Origin: Eledone cirrhosa
Lineage: Eukaryota
Direction of reading: 5' to 3'
Assembly: GCA_964016885.1 (NCBI GenBank)
Contig: OZ024741.1
Location: forward strand, 102,796,001 to 102,860,000
Length of the DNA: 64,000 nucleotides
Part shown: piece by piece, positions 12,680 to 26,502 of the stretch
How the letters are laid out: each line of letters opens with the position of its first letter
Numbering within the stretch: the first letter of the stretch is position 1
Made by a program: the position numbers and the translations under genes
The notes under the pieces: model-generated
Seen by the model: only the letters and a program-made list of their open reading frames with translations
The model's database searches: none
Told to the model about the DNA's origin: nothing

Positions 12680-14055
12680 ACTCTCCTTATATACTTATCA
12701 TTGTACACATTAGCACACGACCCTAGAATATTACTATCTGTACCCTTTATATCTGTTTTATCTTCATTAACTCCCCCTACCCACTCAAGATTCACACTAC
12801 ATATAACCCGGACTAACTGGGGACTAACTATAGTCTATTTGCACATTTCATCAGATTTTGCCACTTTTAAACTTCACATCGCGGGTGTGAATAACTAATA
12901 ATCGTTTGGTACACGCGATGGTCTGACGGATGTGGCGGCTTTCCCGACTGCACGCCAGGCGCTCGGGTCGATCAGCCTTCCTAGAGTGCTTGGAAAAATA
13001 AATTTCCCCTTCTTTCGGTACGGCTGCTTCACCCTGGGACCCTGTCAGACTTGGAACCCGCCGCGCCACCGATTATTGACCGCCAAACAGTACCTTTAAA
13101 TTGTAGGCTTAATTATAACTTTTAACTTTATCATGCCTCCTACTACCACTTAACTGGATCCCCCACCAGTATGAATAACTAGTAATCGCTAGGTATATAC
13201 GATAGCCAGCTGGTGGTGGAGGACTTCCCGCTAACACACCCGACGCTTAAGACAGTTAACATTCCTGGAGTGCTCGGAAAAATTAATTTCTATTTTTTCG
13301 CTAGACGATAATACTCGGAACGGTTTGGCCCCGGGCTGGCCGAGGATCCGTAACGTCGCTGGTTATTAACCGCTAAGCATGGGCTTAATCTTTACTCTAT
13401 ATTCTACCCTGAAACTTTATCGTGACTATATATAATACACTTAAACTTTTTCATAAAAGCCTCCCTCTGTAAATCATTTAACTAAATCCCACAACTTTAA
13501 ACCTAAACCTTATTTTTCTAATTTCACCTTAAATGGCATCTTCTAACTCTAAACATAAATTTAACGTTTTCTAATTGCTAATCGTAATTTCTGTCCATAC
13601 CATGCAGACGCCCACTATATATTACTATATGTAGCTTTGTTGAAGAGATATATGTTCTTTGAAAGAATATTGTTCGCGGCACATTCTAGCACTCATGACC
13701 AGCATGATTATAACCTGATCTCAACGCTGGACTCTGTCTTTGACGGGGTGGTAGTAGTACACTATAAGCCTACGCCCCTTCACTAGATGGATATAAGTAA
13801 GCTTAATAATCAACACTTGAGGGCGGCCGACCGGGGTAGAAGCTGCTAAATGTTCGGTCGCCGTCATGTCTCTATTTTTCAGCCCCATGGATTTTGTCTA
13901 TTATATTCCTTTGTTATATTTCGAATACCTGATGATGTCACCGGATTCATACTGAACCCGGTGATTGAAATGATCATAGTATAATAAACCTTTTAAGGAA
14001 TTCCACCAGTCCAGCCTCCTGTTACTTTATAATAATTAACTCGCACCACCAACTA
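12680..14055 (+). mobile_element. ORF-less, structured, hammerhead-bearing element (probable non-autonomous PLE derivative)
   Basis: Diverged internal duplication 12890-13095 / 13173-13385, GC hairpin at 13818-13865, hammerhead at 13925, AATAAA at 13983. Confidence 0.55.
13925..13982 (+). ncRNA. Type I hammerhead ribozyme with palindromic stem III
   Basis: atac CTGATGA t gtcaccgg-loop-ccggtgat t GAAA tgatca TA gtat. Confidence 0.8.
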
Positions 14056-14169
14056 CACAAACAAAGACGGGTGAGTTGCATTACGTTGAGTGCTCTCCAT
14101 AATATTACATCTAGGTTGGCCATACGGAATGACCAGTTCTATCCAGTGGTAAACCAACAAAACTAAATA

Positions 14170-14206
<37 letters not shown>

Positions 14207-14583
14207 AACATGGGGAGAAGAATACTGCATGGTTGCACATGGATTACATATTATAAAATTAGTCCCTCATCAGTGATTTGCCAACGATCATTGGTATTTC
14301 ATCGCATTAAAAATCATATACCTCAGGTTGGTGCGAGCAATAACTAAAATAAGCTATTTGGACGAGTGAGTCGCGTAAAGCGAGTGAGACAAGTAAACAA
14401 CATAGAAGGAAAAGCGAACCGAAGATGGGAAGAAAAACATGCAACATGGTGAATTTCATGAGCGCTCAGAAAACATATATATATATATATATATACATAT
14501 ATATATACATACAGACAAACGCACATATATATATATATGTATGTATGTATATATATATATGTGTATAGGTATATATGTGTATA

Positions 14584-14708
<125 letters not shown>

Positions 14709-14709
14709 A

Positions 14710-15330
14710 TAACCAAAAGTGTATATGGTTCGTTGATTATTCAACGAATTCATTTTTACAACAGATTAGAAGAACTCTACAGTTATTTATCTGGAGTATC
14801 CTTAATATTCAAAATATTAATAAATGAGAAATACTTTCACATAACCAAAGTATGTATGTTATTATATATATATCAAATCCCGCCGAGGTTAACTTTGCCT
14901 TTCATCCTTACGGGGTCGATAAAATAAAGTACCAGTAATACACTGGGATAATTGCTGGCCTTCGGCCAGAAGTAGAAACAATTATATATATTTCAAGGGT
15001 ACAGTACTTTTTTAGTACGCTTTCATCAGATAAAACACAAATTGGTTATTCGACATACCGCTATGGTCTTGATCCTTCAATCCCTATAGGGGCAGTAAAT
15101 TACTTCCTCAACACTCAGCATTTATATACCACAAAGAATATGTTAACTTAGAGAAAAAGATTTAAAGAAACAAAGAAATAGAGAAGAGAAGTTGAAATGG
15201 AAGATGCGGAGAGAAAAAGAAGAGAAAAAGAAAGAAAGAAAAAAAAGAAAGTGGAAAAGAGGAGGATAAAGAAAAACAACCGTTGTATTCAGACGTTAGA
15301 CAGAAATTCAAAAAATTATACTTAGGAGTT
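14710..15330. mobile_element. PLE remnant (inverted pLTR plus 5' region) related to 32105-35510, interrupted by a SINE
   Basis: 14710-14850 matches the reverse complement of 35380-35510; 14990-15330 matches 32170-32690. Confidence 0.7.
14873..14985 (+). mobile_element. 5'-truncated tRNA-derived SINE (family A)
   Basis: aaatcccgccgaggttaactttgcctttcatccttacggggtcgataaaataaagtaccagt..., same as 63497-63682. Confidence 0.85.
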
Positions 15331-15661
15331 ATCAGAGAATGGCGCTTACATTGGATTAAGCTTTAATTAATTTATAGGTTTATAATACATGTATATCTAG
15401 TAATATACTTTATAATATGTATATCTAGTATATAGGCTTATGCTCTATCAGTGATTATGGCACATACATACATAGATACATTCACATCCACACATCCATT
15501 CCTCTATTTATCCATACATTCATACATACATACCTGTACACCTGCTCACACACATCTGAGAAGAATTTCGAATCAATAGTATCAAATTAACTACATTTCA
15601 TTTTATATTGTGCCTCGTCTTTAAACAAACAAAATAGGTAATTAGCATTATACATACATAC

Positions 15662-15746
<85 letters not shown>

Positions 15747-15751
15747 CATAA

Positions 15752-15790
<39 letters not shown>

Positions 15791-16387
15791 TATATGCCTA
15801 TACACACATAAATGTGTGTATCCTCCACATGAAAATGTAGCAGACAACCTGCTGAGACCTCTGTGGTTCCGATACTATGAATGTAATTATGATCGTTAAA
15901 ATCACTTAAGTATTTAGATGATGTAATTGTTAAAATATAAATGTTAAATCCCTCCATTGGTCGTTGGTAGATTAACACAATCAAAATATTCCTAAATATA
16001 AATCAAATGCAGAATTTGATTCCTTGGAGACCAAAGCTGGAAAAGGTATTTCAGGTAATTGCCGTTCAATAAAATGTAAAGCTAAAAAAAAAAAATAATA
16101 ATAAGGAATAAATAGTTAAACAAGCAAGCAATCAGGATGCACTCGTCTGTACCATTCTGAGACACATACACGCTAACTTTCGCGGGCAGTCTGTTCCAGT
16201 AATCGAACAACTGGAAATCTCATCGTTGAAACCGATGGAGGCGCAATCTAGTAATAGATGAATTTATTTATCTTTCTCGTTATCTCTCCGAGGTCAACTC
16301 TTTCTTTACCCCTCTCTAATTACCTCTCTCTCTCTCTCTTTATATATATATATATATATATATGTGTCTGTGTGTGTGTGTATGTGC

Positions 16388-16449
<62 letters not shown>

Positions 16450-16462
16450 GCATATATATATA

Positions 16463-18530
16463 GTTACAACAGTGACATAACCAGGTACAACAGTTTCGTT
16501 GGGTTAGGGACGCCAAATCATTCAGCCTATCATAAGAAAAAGGAAAATTAGTATAAAGATAACCGCCGGAGGTTGAATTTGTTTTCCTTTCTGAATATAA
16601 CTTGTAAAAGACAGGTAATTTAGGAAATAGTTAAAAGATTTTGATAAAAATACGTAAGATCAAGGGATGTAACTCTTGCAAAACCACAGTCAAGGGCGAG
16701 GAAAAATAATTTATTTCTCAGCTAACTCAAAGAATCGAAATTCCTTGATATTCAAATTAGTCAGTAACACAAAGAAAATACATTCCTAGACTAGTTAGTC
16801 AGGTCTAAGCCATTTACTCAGAATATACTTCATTTCGTGTGGAGAGTGGCTAAAGCTGTTAAGCTAAATATTCAGGCAGTGTTTATCTGAAGCTAGTTGT
16901 TAGAGTATATTCCATTTTTCCAAGTTACAAAGGCGACAAAGTTTAGACCCATTAACATAGGGGGTAGCTCACTCTAATATGCTCCATTTGATGAAAAATC
17001 GTATCCCGTTATGCTAATAGCTCCATTCATGATTTGCGACCCGGGTGGCATGCTTTTTTGTTAGGAAATTCCTGAAATTGCTGATGGTTTTTGAACTGGC
17101 TCTCGGACATACCGACACAGGCTCAGGCTACAGTTTGGTGGTTGTAGTTGGTGAAGGTAACTTCTGCTGGATATATAACCGCCGGAGTGTTACACTGTTG
17201 GTCTAGTGGGCATGTTTCTGGTCTTCTTCATGAGCATCCGTACGGTGGAGAGCTTTTGCATTTGCCGGTGATGTAGGATTTAACGTTATTAGTGCATAAG
17301 TATCCTATTTTCACTGTATGGTGATTGAATATCTTTCGGTATTTATGGCCAACAAGGAAGTGGTGGTCTATGAGGGCTAGGAATTTTCATATTGAGTGAA
17401 AAAGGTGGTGCGAACCACATGACATCTTTATGTTTAGGTTTTTCTTTCTAGATGTAGAGCGGTGAACTGGAGAGTAAGTGTTTTTTTCAGAGAAGCCGTT
17501 GTTGCTTAGTGCTGCCCTATCAAAGATGGCTTTGCTAGAAGAGAGGTTGAATACCCTCTTACTAATGTTATTAATAAGACTTGTAAAAACTATAGGGTGG
17601 TGGCTAGACTCATTATTGATGTATTGAAGTTTCTCACTGGGTTGGGGGATTGGTCTATATGTGCGTGTCTGGAGGTCAAGTTAACGCCCATGAAGTTGAT
17701 ATTGGTGAGGCTGGTTGCTATCGTATTTTTAATCCTAGGCTGTTGAAGGTAGCAAATAGGTTTTTCCTAAAGGTGTCAAGGTGATGGCCCCTTTTATGGC
17801 TCGATAGTGTGAGACCGTCATCACGATATTGGCCCGTATGAAAGTCAGGCAATTTATTATGTATTGTATCTAGACTAAACAGGCCCACATCGATCGCACA
17901 TATCGGTGCTGTCAAATGATCCCATCGGCACATCGAATGGGTCACCGATAGTGGATTTCTTTTTATCCCTGAGTCGCCGTTGTTAAAGGGGAAGGTTTCC
18001 TTGCAGTGGGATATGACTAATCGATCTAATCAGTCTATGTTAGTGAATTTGCTAGCGAAATCAAGGGCCTTATCAAGTAAGTTCTGAATATCGAGGGGTA
18101 TAAGTCAATAATGTCAAATAATGTAAACCTAGCTTTCTTAGTGCGTTTGTGGACATTAAACAAATCTATAACTGTTTGACTATTATTCCACTGATTACGG
18201 TTGGACTGTTTTCTAATGGCTATATTAATTTTTCTAAGTATGTCTTTACTAACAAAACCTAACTCCGTTGTAGCAGGGTTTATGAGTCTGCAAGTTAGTT
18301 TATTCGCAAAGTCATTCTTATGTTCCTTAAGGGTAATATAAGCCTCTCTCCTAGCTAAGCACTCTAACTTATTATCTACTCTAAGGGTGGCGGCTATATC
18401 CTTCGCCTCAGTATTGATGGCATAATAGGTACCAGGGTCAGCTTCTTTGTATTCTGCCAGTATGGTTTTGTTAAGAAGTTGATTATAGGTAGACTGATCT
18501 AATTGATAATTGTTGATGGTTTTATCAGAT
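16463..18530 (-). mobile_element. Penelope-like element (RT + GIY-YIG region + pLTR), degenerate
   Basis: Minus-strand translation: KEHKNDFANKLTCRLINPATTELG, FDIIDLYP, GQYRDDGL, IKWSILE. 3' end abuts (TA)n. Confidence 0.85.
16482..16529 (-). ncRNA. Hammerhead-like motif with one extra core nucleotide, in the PLE pLTR
   Basis: Minus strand: tagg CTGAATGA t ttgg-loop-ccaa c GAAA ctgttg TA cctg. Confidence 0.55.
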
Positions 18531-18750
18531 AGGACGAAATATGTATATATTCAAAATAGGGGCGCACAGGATATAAACTATGGGAAAAGCAGCGGAAAGA
18601 CGGATAGTCCTATTACCCAGTGGACCTACCTCAGGAAATCACTACGCTTTCGGTTAATAAAGGTTGATGCCACTCATTCCAGTGTACATTGGGACATAAC
18701 AAAACAGGTAGAGATAAGTTATGCGTTTAGACGAATTACACAACTATAGA

Positions 18751-18780
<30 letters not shown>

Positions 18781-18787
<7 letters not shown>

Positions 18788-18960
18788 TGAGATTCTACAG
18801 GACTAGAACTGTTTCATTCTTTAGAAATCATCCTGATGATTTCTAAAGAATGAAACAGTTCTAGTCCTGTAGAATCTCATCTATATTAAAACTTTTATAC
18901 TCTGCAATGTATTGAGTACCTTACTTACTGTGGTTACCTCCGATTCAACCCGGAATTACG
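18781..18960 (+). mobile_element. Fold-back pLTR fragment: perfect 52-bp inverted repeat pivoting on a hammerhead core
   Basis: Arms 18781-18832 and 18835-18886; CTGATGA at 18833-18839, tttctaaagaat, GAAA cag..ctg TA. Sits in (TA)n. Confidence 0.8.
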
Positions 18961-19397
18961 TATATATATATATCCAAAATTAAGATAAATCAAATGAATG
19001 GGTGTCATGCCAGAAAGACTCGACTGCTGTTTCTAGTTGTCGATAACCCTATTCACGCCACTGGGACGAGGCTAGTATGATGTGTGTATTTCTAGTAAAT
19101 ACAACACGTGCTGGCCAGTCGCTGATTTGAACTTGAAGTGTAAACACGGATTGCTGAAACTTCTTCCTTGTTGAAAATCCAAGTCTCCACTTCTGTGGTT
19201 TACCATCTGATTAATTGGTGAAATATATTTCTTTAATGGAATATATACAGGGAAGATTAATCATATTATAAGGCATCTATTTTTGAAGTTCTGGTCAACT
19301 TTATTTAGTTACCTACCTAGCTATGTGTGGTTACACACTTGTAAAAATTATCTCCTGTAATTATTCATGTTTATTTATATGTTAATCAATCTCTAGT

Positions 19398-19525
<128 letters not shown>

Positions 19526-19920
19526 GTGTGAGTGTTTACTACTACACGTGTTGTTGATGGCCGTCATTGATATGTACTAGTAGGCATAACGGAACTTTCT
19601 ATTCGCAAGAGGCTAACTCACGCTGTGTAAGCAATTTCAAGCCAAATTATGTAATGTCTCCTGATATTACTTAATTTCCGTGAACTGTGGTTCCAGTTGG
19701 ACTATTGTCAACAGATCGGAATTACAGAAAATACATCTTAATCCCGGATTTTGATATATTCATACCAGACCCACACGAAGTCGTTTATCTTACTGATTAA
19801 TGTATGTGTGCTCTCGTAGTAATGGGTTTGTACTTTTTAATAGTACAAATCTAATTATATCTTTGGGTAAGAGAAGAAACGATCGAGACTGTGCCGAATC
19901 TCTTCGTCTGGCTTCGTATA

Positions 19921-19993
<73 letters not shown>

Positions 19994-20559
19994 ACTAAAT
20001 ACAGGTCTCCCGCTTTCTCTCAATTTCTAGCTTCTGTAAGAAACGAAATATTCCTGTTTTCTCCACTCTGTTTATGTTACACGATTCTGTAGAAATTTTA
20101 ATTGGAATCCTTGAAATCAATAGATTTTAATAAATTTCACGAAAATTACTAATCTATTTGAATAGTAGCTAGATAGAGAATTAGATTTGGTTTTATACTT
20201 TGATTAACAATTTAGTATTCGAATAGGTTGCAAAGCTGATGAGAAAATTTAATTTGAAGAAGCTTTATATTTCGCCTGATTCAACTGTTCAAAGTAATAT
20301 CATGAGAATGTTAATACTATTATTTTGTCTGAATATGAAAGGTCTCTCTTTAGCTTAAATAAAATACAATGTTTTGATCATATACTTCGTTTGTCTTCAA
20401 GAGATCATATATTTTATATACCATAATCACATGCTTTCTGAATTTGTAGTTTCATAGTCATATTATAAATTCATGTACTATAAAATGTTACAATGAATGT
20501 TAATAGTAATACACACACAGACACTTAATATTACAGTTGTTTTAGTGGATTGCTGTTTT

Positions 20560-20830
20560 TCTGGGGGCCCGCCTTGAAAAGGTTTAGTCGATAATATCGA
20601 CCCCACTATTTATATTTTTAAAGTTTTGTATTTCTTTACCGTGTCATTTTATAGAATCACTACGTTACGGACATAGACATACAATAATCGAAAGTCATAC
20701 ACACACACACATATATGCGACGGATTTTTCTGCAGTTTTCATTTACCAGATTTACTCACAGAGCATTGTCCAAACCGAAACCATATAGTTACGAAGCGAA
20801 TCGCTAACGCTTAACTAGACAATCATGCAA
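20560..20830 (-). mobile_element. Decayed SINE with internal CA tract
   Basis: gccgccttgaaaaggtttagtcgataatatcgacccc resembles the SINE body in reverse orientation. Confidence 0.5.
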
Positions 20831-21659
20831 TCATGCTTGTGCGTACGCACACACACATGCACATATTATATATATATAAAGCGCTGTTACCACCCCTTCC
20901 ACAAATGTATGAACGTCACTTAATTTAACACTAATTATATGCAGTTATTCTACTGTGTAGGCAACATCAAACTTGGGTGGGGTGGAGTGGATTTGTAGAT
21001 CTTATAAGTTTTATTAATCATTATAGAGGTTAATTATGGATTATTGGACAATAGCTTCCAAGTGATTTGAAATTAATTTTGAATTATATATATATATATA
21101 TATATATAAGTGTGTGTGTGTGTGTGTGTGTGTGTAAATATATATATACTGACAGTAATGAATAGAAACTTAAAACCAAAATATATAATAATATAAATTG
21201 AAAGAAATATATTATGTCTGATCCGTAATCAAAATCTGTCTACTTACATTAAATTCTAATTTTCTCATCAAAGTTCAGTAATGATTGATATTTCCCCATT
21301 CGCCAAGAATTCGAAAGGATATCAAGTGTGTACAGTCTAAATCAATATAAAATATATCTTTCTCCATTTAACAAATTGACAATATTTTCCAACAAAATCT
21401 CATGCATTTCTCTTTGGGGAATTATTTTCTGAATATTGAATTATCGAGGCAACTAACAAATTCATCAAATTTATTTCGCCGCCTTTTCGTCACCATATTC
21501 GTCTTATTAAAATATAACTTTTATATTCAACAATACTTAGATAATTTAGCATCTTTTAAATTAATATGTTTGAATTTAATTGAATCAGTAATAGTTATGT
21601 TGTATACGTTACGACTTACATCACGAGAATGGTAATATTTGTGAATAGAGTTGTGATGA

Positions 21660-21880
21660 TGTACATGGCCGAACGCTTACAATGGTGACATTGAAAACAT
21701 AAGGCTCCTGGTTCCACCTCACTGCATGCCATATTGGACTAGTGTCACTTGCTCAAACCCTCTAATTGAATTTGGGAGGACAAATATTATTTGAAAGCCA
21801 ATTAGATGGACTTGTAATTCAAAGTTCCAATCTTGTCACACTTTATGTTAAGGGTTTACGGGTCTCAACGTATTCTCTAA
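21660..21880 (+). mobile_element. Decayed SINE-like repeat (family B)
   Basis: tgtaattcaaag..cttgtcacact..gttaagggt motif also seen at about 28470-28815(-), 30100-30600, 53860-54340 and 61330-61570. Confidence 0.55.
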
Positions 21881-22189
21881 TGAAACACGCTACTATTTTT
21901 ATAATTATATCTGAGGGTGATTAGAATTCCTCTAAAATTGTATACCATTTATAAAATCCTTGGATAGTTTTTAGTTCTTAACATTTTCTTTGGAGAGCCC
22001 GGATAGCTAATTGGATTGGTACCTTCTTCTGTCAAACCGATATGTTATATATGTGGTCAAGAAAATTAACTCTGAATCAACACAGCCAACTTAACTAAAA
22101 AGAGTTACCGCATGTTAAGAAAAACATACTGCTTCAGTTAACAACTGAAAAGTATTTTCATTATTCTAGGCCCCAGGGACGGTTGTTAG

Positions 22190-22370
22190 GAAGAATGGTT
22201 AGAACGTCAGGCAAAATGTATTACGGCATTAAATGACGGCTCTATGTGTTCTAGGTTCAAATATCGCCAAGGTCAACTTTGCTTTTCACTCTTCCGGGAT
22301 CACTAAAATAAAGAACTAGATTTTCCCACCCTTAAATTGCTGGCATTGTACGTATATTAGAAACATCTAT
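22190..22370 (+). mobile_element. Decayed SINE family A
   Basis: ggttcaaatatcgccaaggtcaactttgc..aaaataaag..aattgctggcattg. Confidence 0.7.
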
Positions 22371-22959
22371 TGTTGATTATTGAATTCAACTCCTCCGGTG
22401 AGCAGGTATGGAGATGAGTGGATTTCTTAACTGATTTGCTCTCTAGGGGACAAACTAATCAATACATCAAAGGTTTCGCCAATTCTCGTTTAGTAATTTT
22501 CAGTATTTCATTAATGTTCATGTTTTGGTGTCTTTTTCGTGATTTTTCGTGTTTTCAAGCCTTTTCTTTAGCCATTTGTAATTTTTTCAGCTTTGTCTTT
22601 ACATCATAATGCGTACTTTTTAGTGTTTTGAATAAATTTTAAGTTTGTTTCAATATTTGATCATTAATTTCGATACACTTTTGTCTTTTCCAGTTCTATT
22701 TTAATATTTTTTATGGATCTGTTCTATTATTTCAATTTCATTTTAAAATCTTACAATGTTTGTAATATTTGAATTCGCTTACCTTCGCTACCTACTTTTT
22801 CAGTCATTGTTATCACCTCATTTATTTTCATTCAATTCCGCAAATTATATTTATTCAGTGTCTGTTTTTATTTTACACCCATTTCCGGTAATCATATTGT
22901 GTTTTATAACCGCTATGTTTATACATTATTGTTTCCAACCGTATGTATAAAAATGTGTT

Positions 22960-23845
22960 CCAAATTTCTGTACAATTTCTTTTATTCATATGATTCCTAA
23001 TCTGTTCATTTCTATTATCTTTTTGATAATAGAATATTACGGTGAATTATTATGAAAATAACATGAGCAATTTTTTGAGGAAAACTTCATTAATAGCGGT
23101 CATTGTAACTGTCGGCTGCTAATTCAAATGTTATCATCCACATCATTTCATATTTTCTCTCTCGTGACAGCCAGTGTTGTATGGCGGCGTATGTCTGGAA
23201 CATTCCGGTCTAACAGTAGCTAACCTCTGATTTATATCTTCATTGTAATATAATATTTTCTACATAAATATCGATGTTGTTCAGTGAATGCTTGCCTGAA
23301 ATATTTAACAGAATATCTTTGTTCCATTTGCTGTCAAACCATCGTCTTCTCCTCCTTTAGGGAAGAAAAATAACCCTCACCTCATCTTCTCAACATCTGT
23401 TTTCATAAGAAAAAGGAAAATAAAACCTACGACCAATGTATAACAATTCTAAATAGGATTTTTCGTTTGCTATTATCTACGTTAATTTACTGCATCGAAT
23501 ATACAAAAACGGCATATTATAGAATTTGTGTATGATTTCTGTCCACACATCTATAACAGACCGTATTTTATTGTTATCTGCTTATATTATTAAACGTTGG
23601 ATGTTATTATGAATGATTGTTCTAGGAATAACCACAATGAAAATTATAAAGCAGTGGTTCTCAACATTTTCACTACCAAGCACCCCCTTTTTTTAAAGGA
23701 ATCTTCCCATCACGCCCCTGCTACAACTACGTCCCTCCCAGATCGTTATATTACCAGAATAACAATCTAAAGAGAGAAATTTTTATACTTAGGAAAGATA
23801 GATACCCAAGACCATATGCATAATGGTACACATTTTTTAACAAAG
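22960..23845 (+). repeat. Left arm of a ~880-bp diverged inverted duplication
   Basis: Reverse complement of 27165-28050; includes a hAT-MITE-like terminus cagtggttctcaac at 23652. Confidence 0.9.
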
Positions 23846-24199
23846 TTCTATCTTTTCAGACGACTGAGCTGGTAGTTGCTGGTATAAAGTCTCGCAGATG
23901 GTATGTAACACTTCATTGTAAACAACTTTCTGTTTTTAGTTCAAATAGTTTCTCAATATAAGGAAATTGAATTCCTTGATAATGCCTCAGCCATTTAAAT
24001 AAATAACTAGTGGACAGCACTGAAAATAATAATTTCAAATAATGATGTAAGGCCTAACATTGGAGGTGGATATTATTCAGTTCTTCACACTGAAGGAAAA
24101 TATAATATTTACTCTAATATACATCACAGCTTCCTATTACGAAATCCACGGATGGTCTGCCAGAATAATTTATTTGCTGATCTAAAGTCGAATTCCAGC

Positions 24200-24760
24200 T
24201 TAAAACCAGTCTTCACATGTCTTAAACTTAGAAGCCTTTACAGTCTCTGCTACGCCTTTTCTCACTCTCTTGTTCCACGAGTGCAAGATGGATGACATAC
24301 ATCCGAGCCATGCTAATCATCGCCCTTAGTTTGATCAGAAATTTCTCTGAATTTAGATGCAATAGTACCTGCAAACCTAGTCTAACCTCCTCATCAGCTA
24401 ACACCTCACACTTTATCCTGTAATCAAGCTGGACCCGTCAATTTTGTGGGTATGCTTGACTTTAAGTAGTCTTAGGTTTCAGAAAACTAAATGGTGATCA
24501 ATTGACAGTCCAATCTCTCTCTTAACACGAACATCCAAATTCGAAAAGATCAGAGACAATTACAAAAGAAATTACTGACGTCTTTCTCCGATTCCCCTTA
24601 TACCATGTGTATTTATGTATATTTCTGTGTTGGAAAAGATTCTCATAATAGAGAGCCCATTACCAGAACGAAAGTCTCATAAGGCCTCTCTGTGCGCATT
24701 CATGTCGAAGTCACTTTTCAATCACACCTTCCAATTACTCCTCCTCTACGCCTACTATTA
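24200..24760 (-). mobile_element. RTE-clade LINE endonuclease remnant, inverted relative to the adjacent RT part
   Basis: Minus-strand translation: LFQHRNIHKYTW and LSIDHHLV (APE motifs). Confidence 0.6.
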
Positions 24761-24889
24761 GGAACTCACCCGGAGTCTTCTCTGACGAGAGATGCATCCC
24801 CACGAGCTAGAGAACACACGTTGCTAATTTCTTAAATCCGGCCACAACAATTCCTGATGTACAAGAGATACATCTTCACCTGAGGAATA

Positions 24890-26113
24890 ATCCCTCTGTG
24901 ACTGATGTCACCAGAGCAAATATAGACTACGGGAAGGGAGAAATTTGGCTAGGGATGTTAAAAGCCATAAATAGAAAAGGTATGCCCTGGCTGATTCGTG
25001 TGAGCCTGATGGCCTGGAGCTCTGGAAAGTAATGTTAATCGGGAGTGACAATCACAGTTTTCATAAAAGGAGACGAGAGAGATTACTCTAATTACAGATA
25101 AATCTCATTGTTAAGCTTTCTCGGTAAAGTCTATGCTAAACGTCTGGAAAAGATATGTAAGGATATTGTCGAGTACAACCTAGCTGATGAACCGGGTGGT
25201 TTTCGCACTGGACGTAGCACAGCTGACCAAATATTCACGAGATATCGTGAGAGTATTGCCAAGAGGTATATGTTTGTTTTGGGATTTGTTGTGAGTAATT
25301 CTGCAAGAGTATGTGATCGATAGACAGCTTCGTTTTGCCTTGAAGTCTTTACACGAATGCCCTAGGATTCGAAATGATTTAATCAGAGCGTCGGACTCCA
25401 TCATGGGTACAGATCGTCACCTCTCCATTTCATAATCTTCATGAACAGGATTGTGATGAATGGCCAAGCTGGAAGTGGTCTCAAAAGAGATAGATATAGG
25501 ATCACTCAGCTGATATTTGGAAACGAAATTATACTACTTAGCTCGTCGGAATTTTATTTCTAATACGCGCTGAAAAGAAATGAAAATCAGTGCTGTAAAG
25601 ACTGCGACATTTGTCTTCACAATGAAGCCTGCGTTGTGCGTTCTGCAGTTGAGTGAAATGTGGAGTTTGACTGAAGCAGGTGGAAGCATTCAAGTATCTC
25701 AGGACTGTTTTCACGATTGATTGAATTAAGTACAAGAATTGCTGGAGCTGTTGCAATAATGCGCATTCGGTCATCAGATGTGAAGTAGGTGTAAATACCA
25801 AATACGTTATCTTCAATTCCGTGTTCGCACCTACTCTTACCTATAGTCATGAAGCTAGTGTAATCTTCGAAAAAATGCAATCGTAAATAAACGCGGCCGA
25901 AACGGAGTTTTTTCCGAAAGGGTTTTTGAAGTAACGTTACACGGTAGGGTGTGGCTCGGAAGCTTGAGGATCAAGCCGGATCATTTGGAAACAGTTGCTT
26001 CTGATACGACCTCTGACGAAGAAGAAGAAGAAGAAGAAGAAGAAGAAGAAGAAGAAGAAGAAGAAGAAGAAGAAGAAGAAGAAGAAGAAGAAGAAGAAGA
26101 AGAAGAAGAAGAA
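24890..26113 (+). mobile_element. RTE-clade LINE RT remnant ending in a (GAA)n tail
   Basis: LLSFLGKVYAKRLE, GFRTGRSTADQIF, QVEAFKYL; same family as 54880-56220; (GAA)n at 26018-26113. Confidence 0.8.
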
Positions 26114-26410
26114 TGTAGCAGTAATATGTTTGAATTCAGTTCATAAAAATCTTCTCAACTCTGTTAGATAATCTGAAATTCCCAATTCCCTCGCCTTTTA
26201 AATATATTTAAAAAACTATTTTACGCCATTAAATTTCTGTGAAAAAAGAAGTTAATCCAAATAATCGAAAACGACTGACAAAAAATATATATTTGAAACA
26301 AATACCATGAAATTAGATGAAAGAACCCAGATAATCATATCTTCCCAGAACTTGACTGTCGCCTTAATTTATTGATGCACCCCAGCCCGGTACATGCATA
26401 TATATATATA

Positions 26411-26499
<89 letters not shown>
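26411..26499. repeat. (GA)n microsatellite
   Basis: read directly. Confidence 0.95.

Positions 26500-26502
<3 letters not shown>

Noticed and set aside
19622-19760. Minus-strand peptide VDNSPTGTTV resembling a cadherin ENxPxGT motif, near a GTGAGT donor
   Set aside because: In-frame stop three codons later; no other cadherin motifs
25949-26146. Poly-Glu ORF
   Set aside because: Translation of the (GAA)n LINE tail
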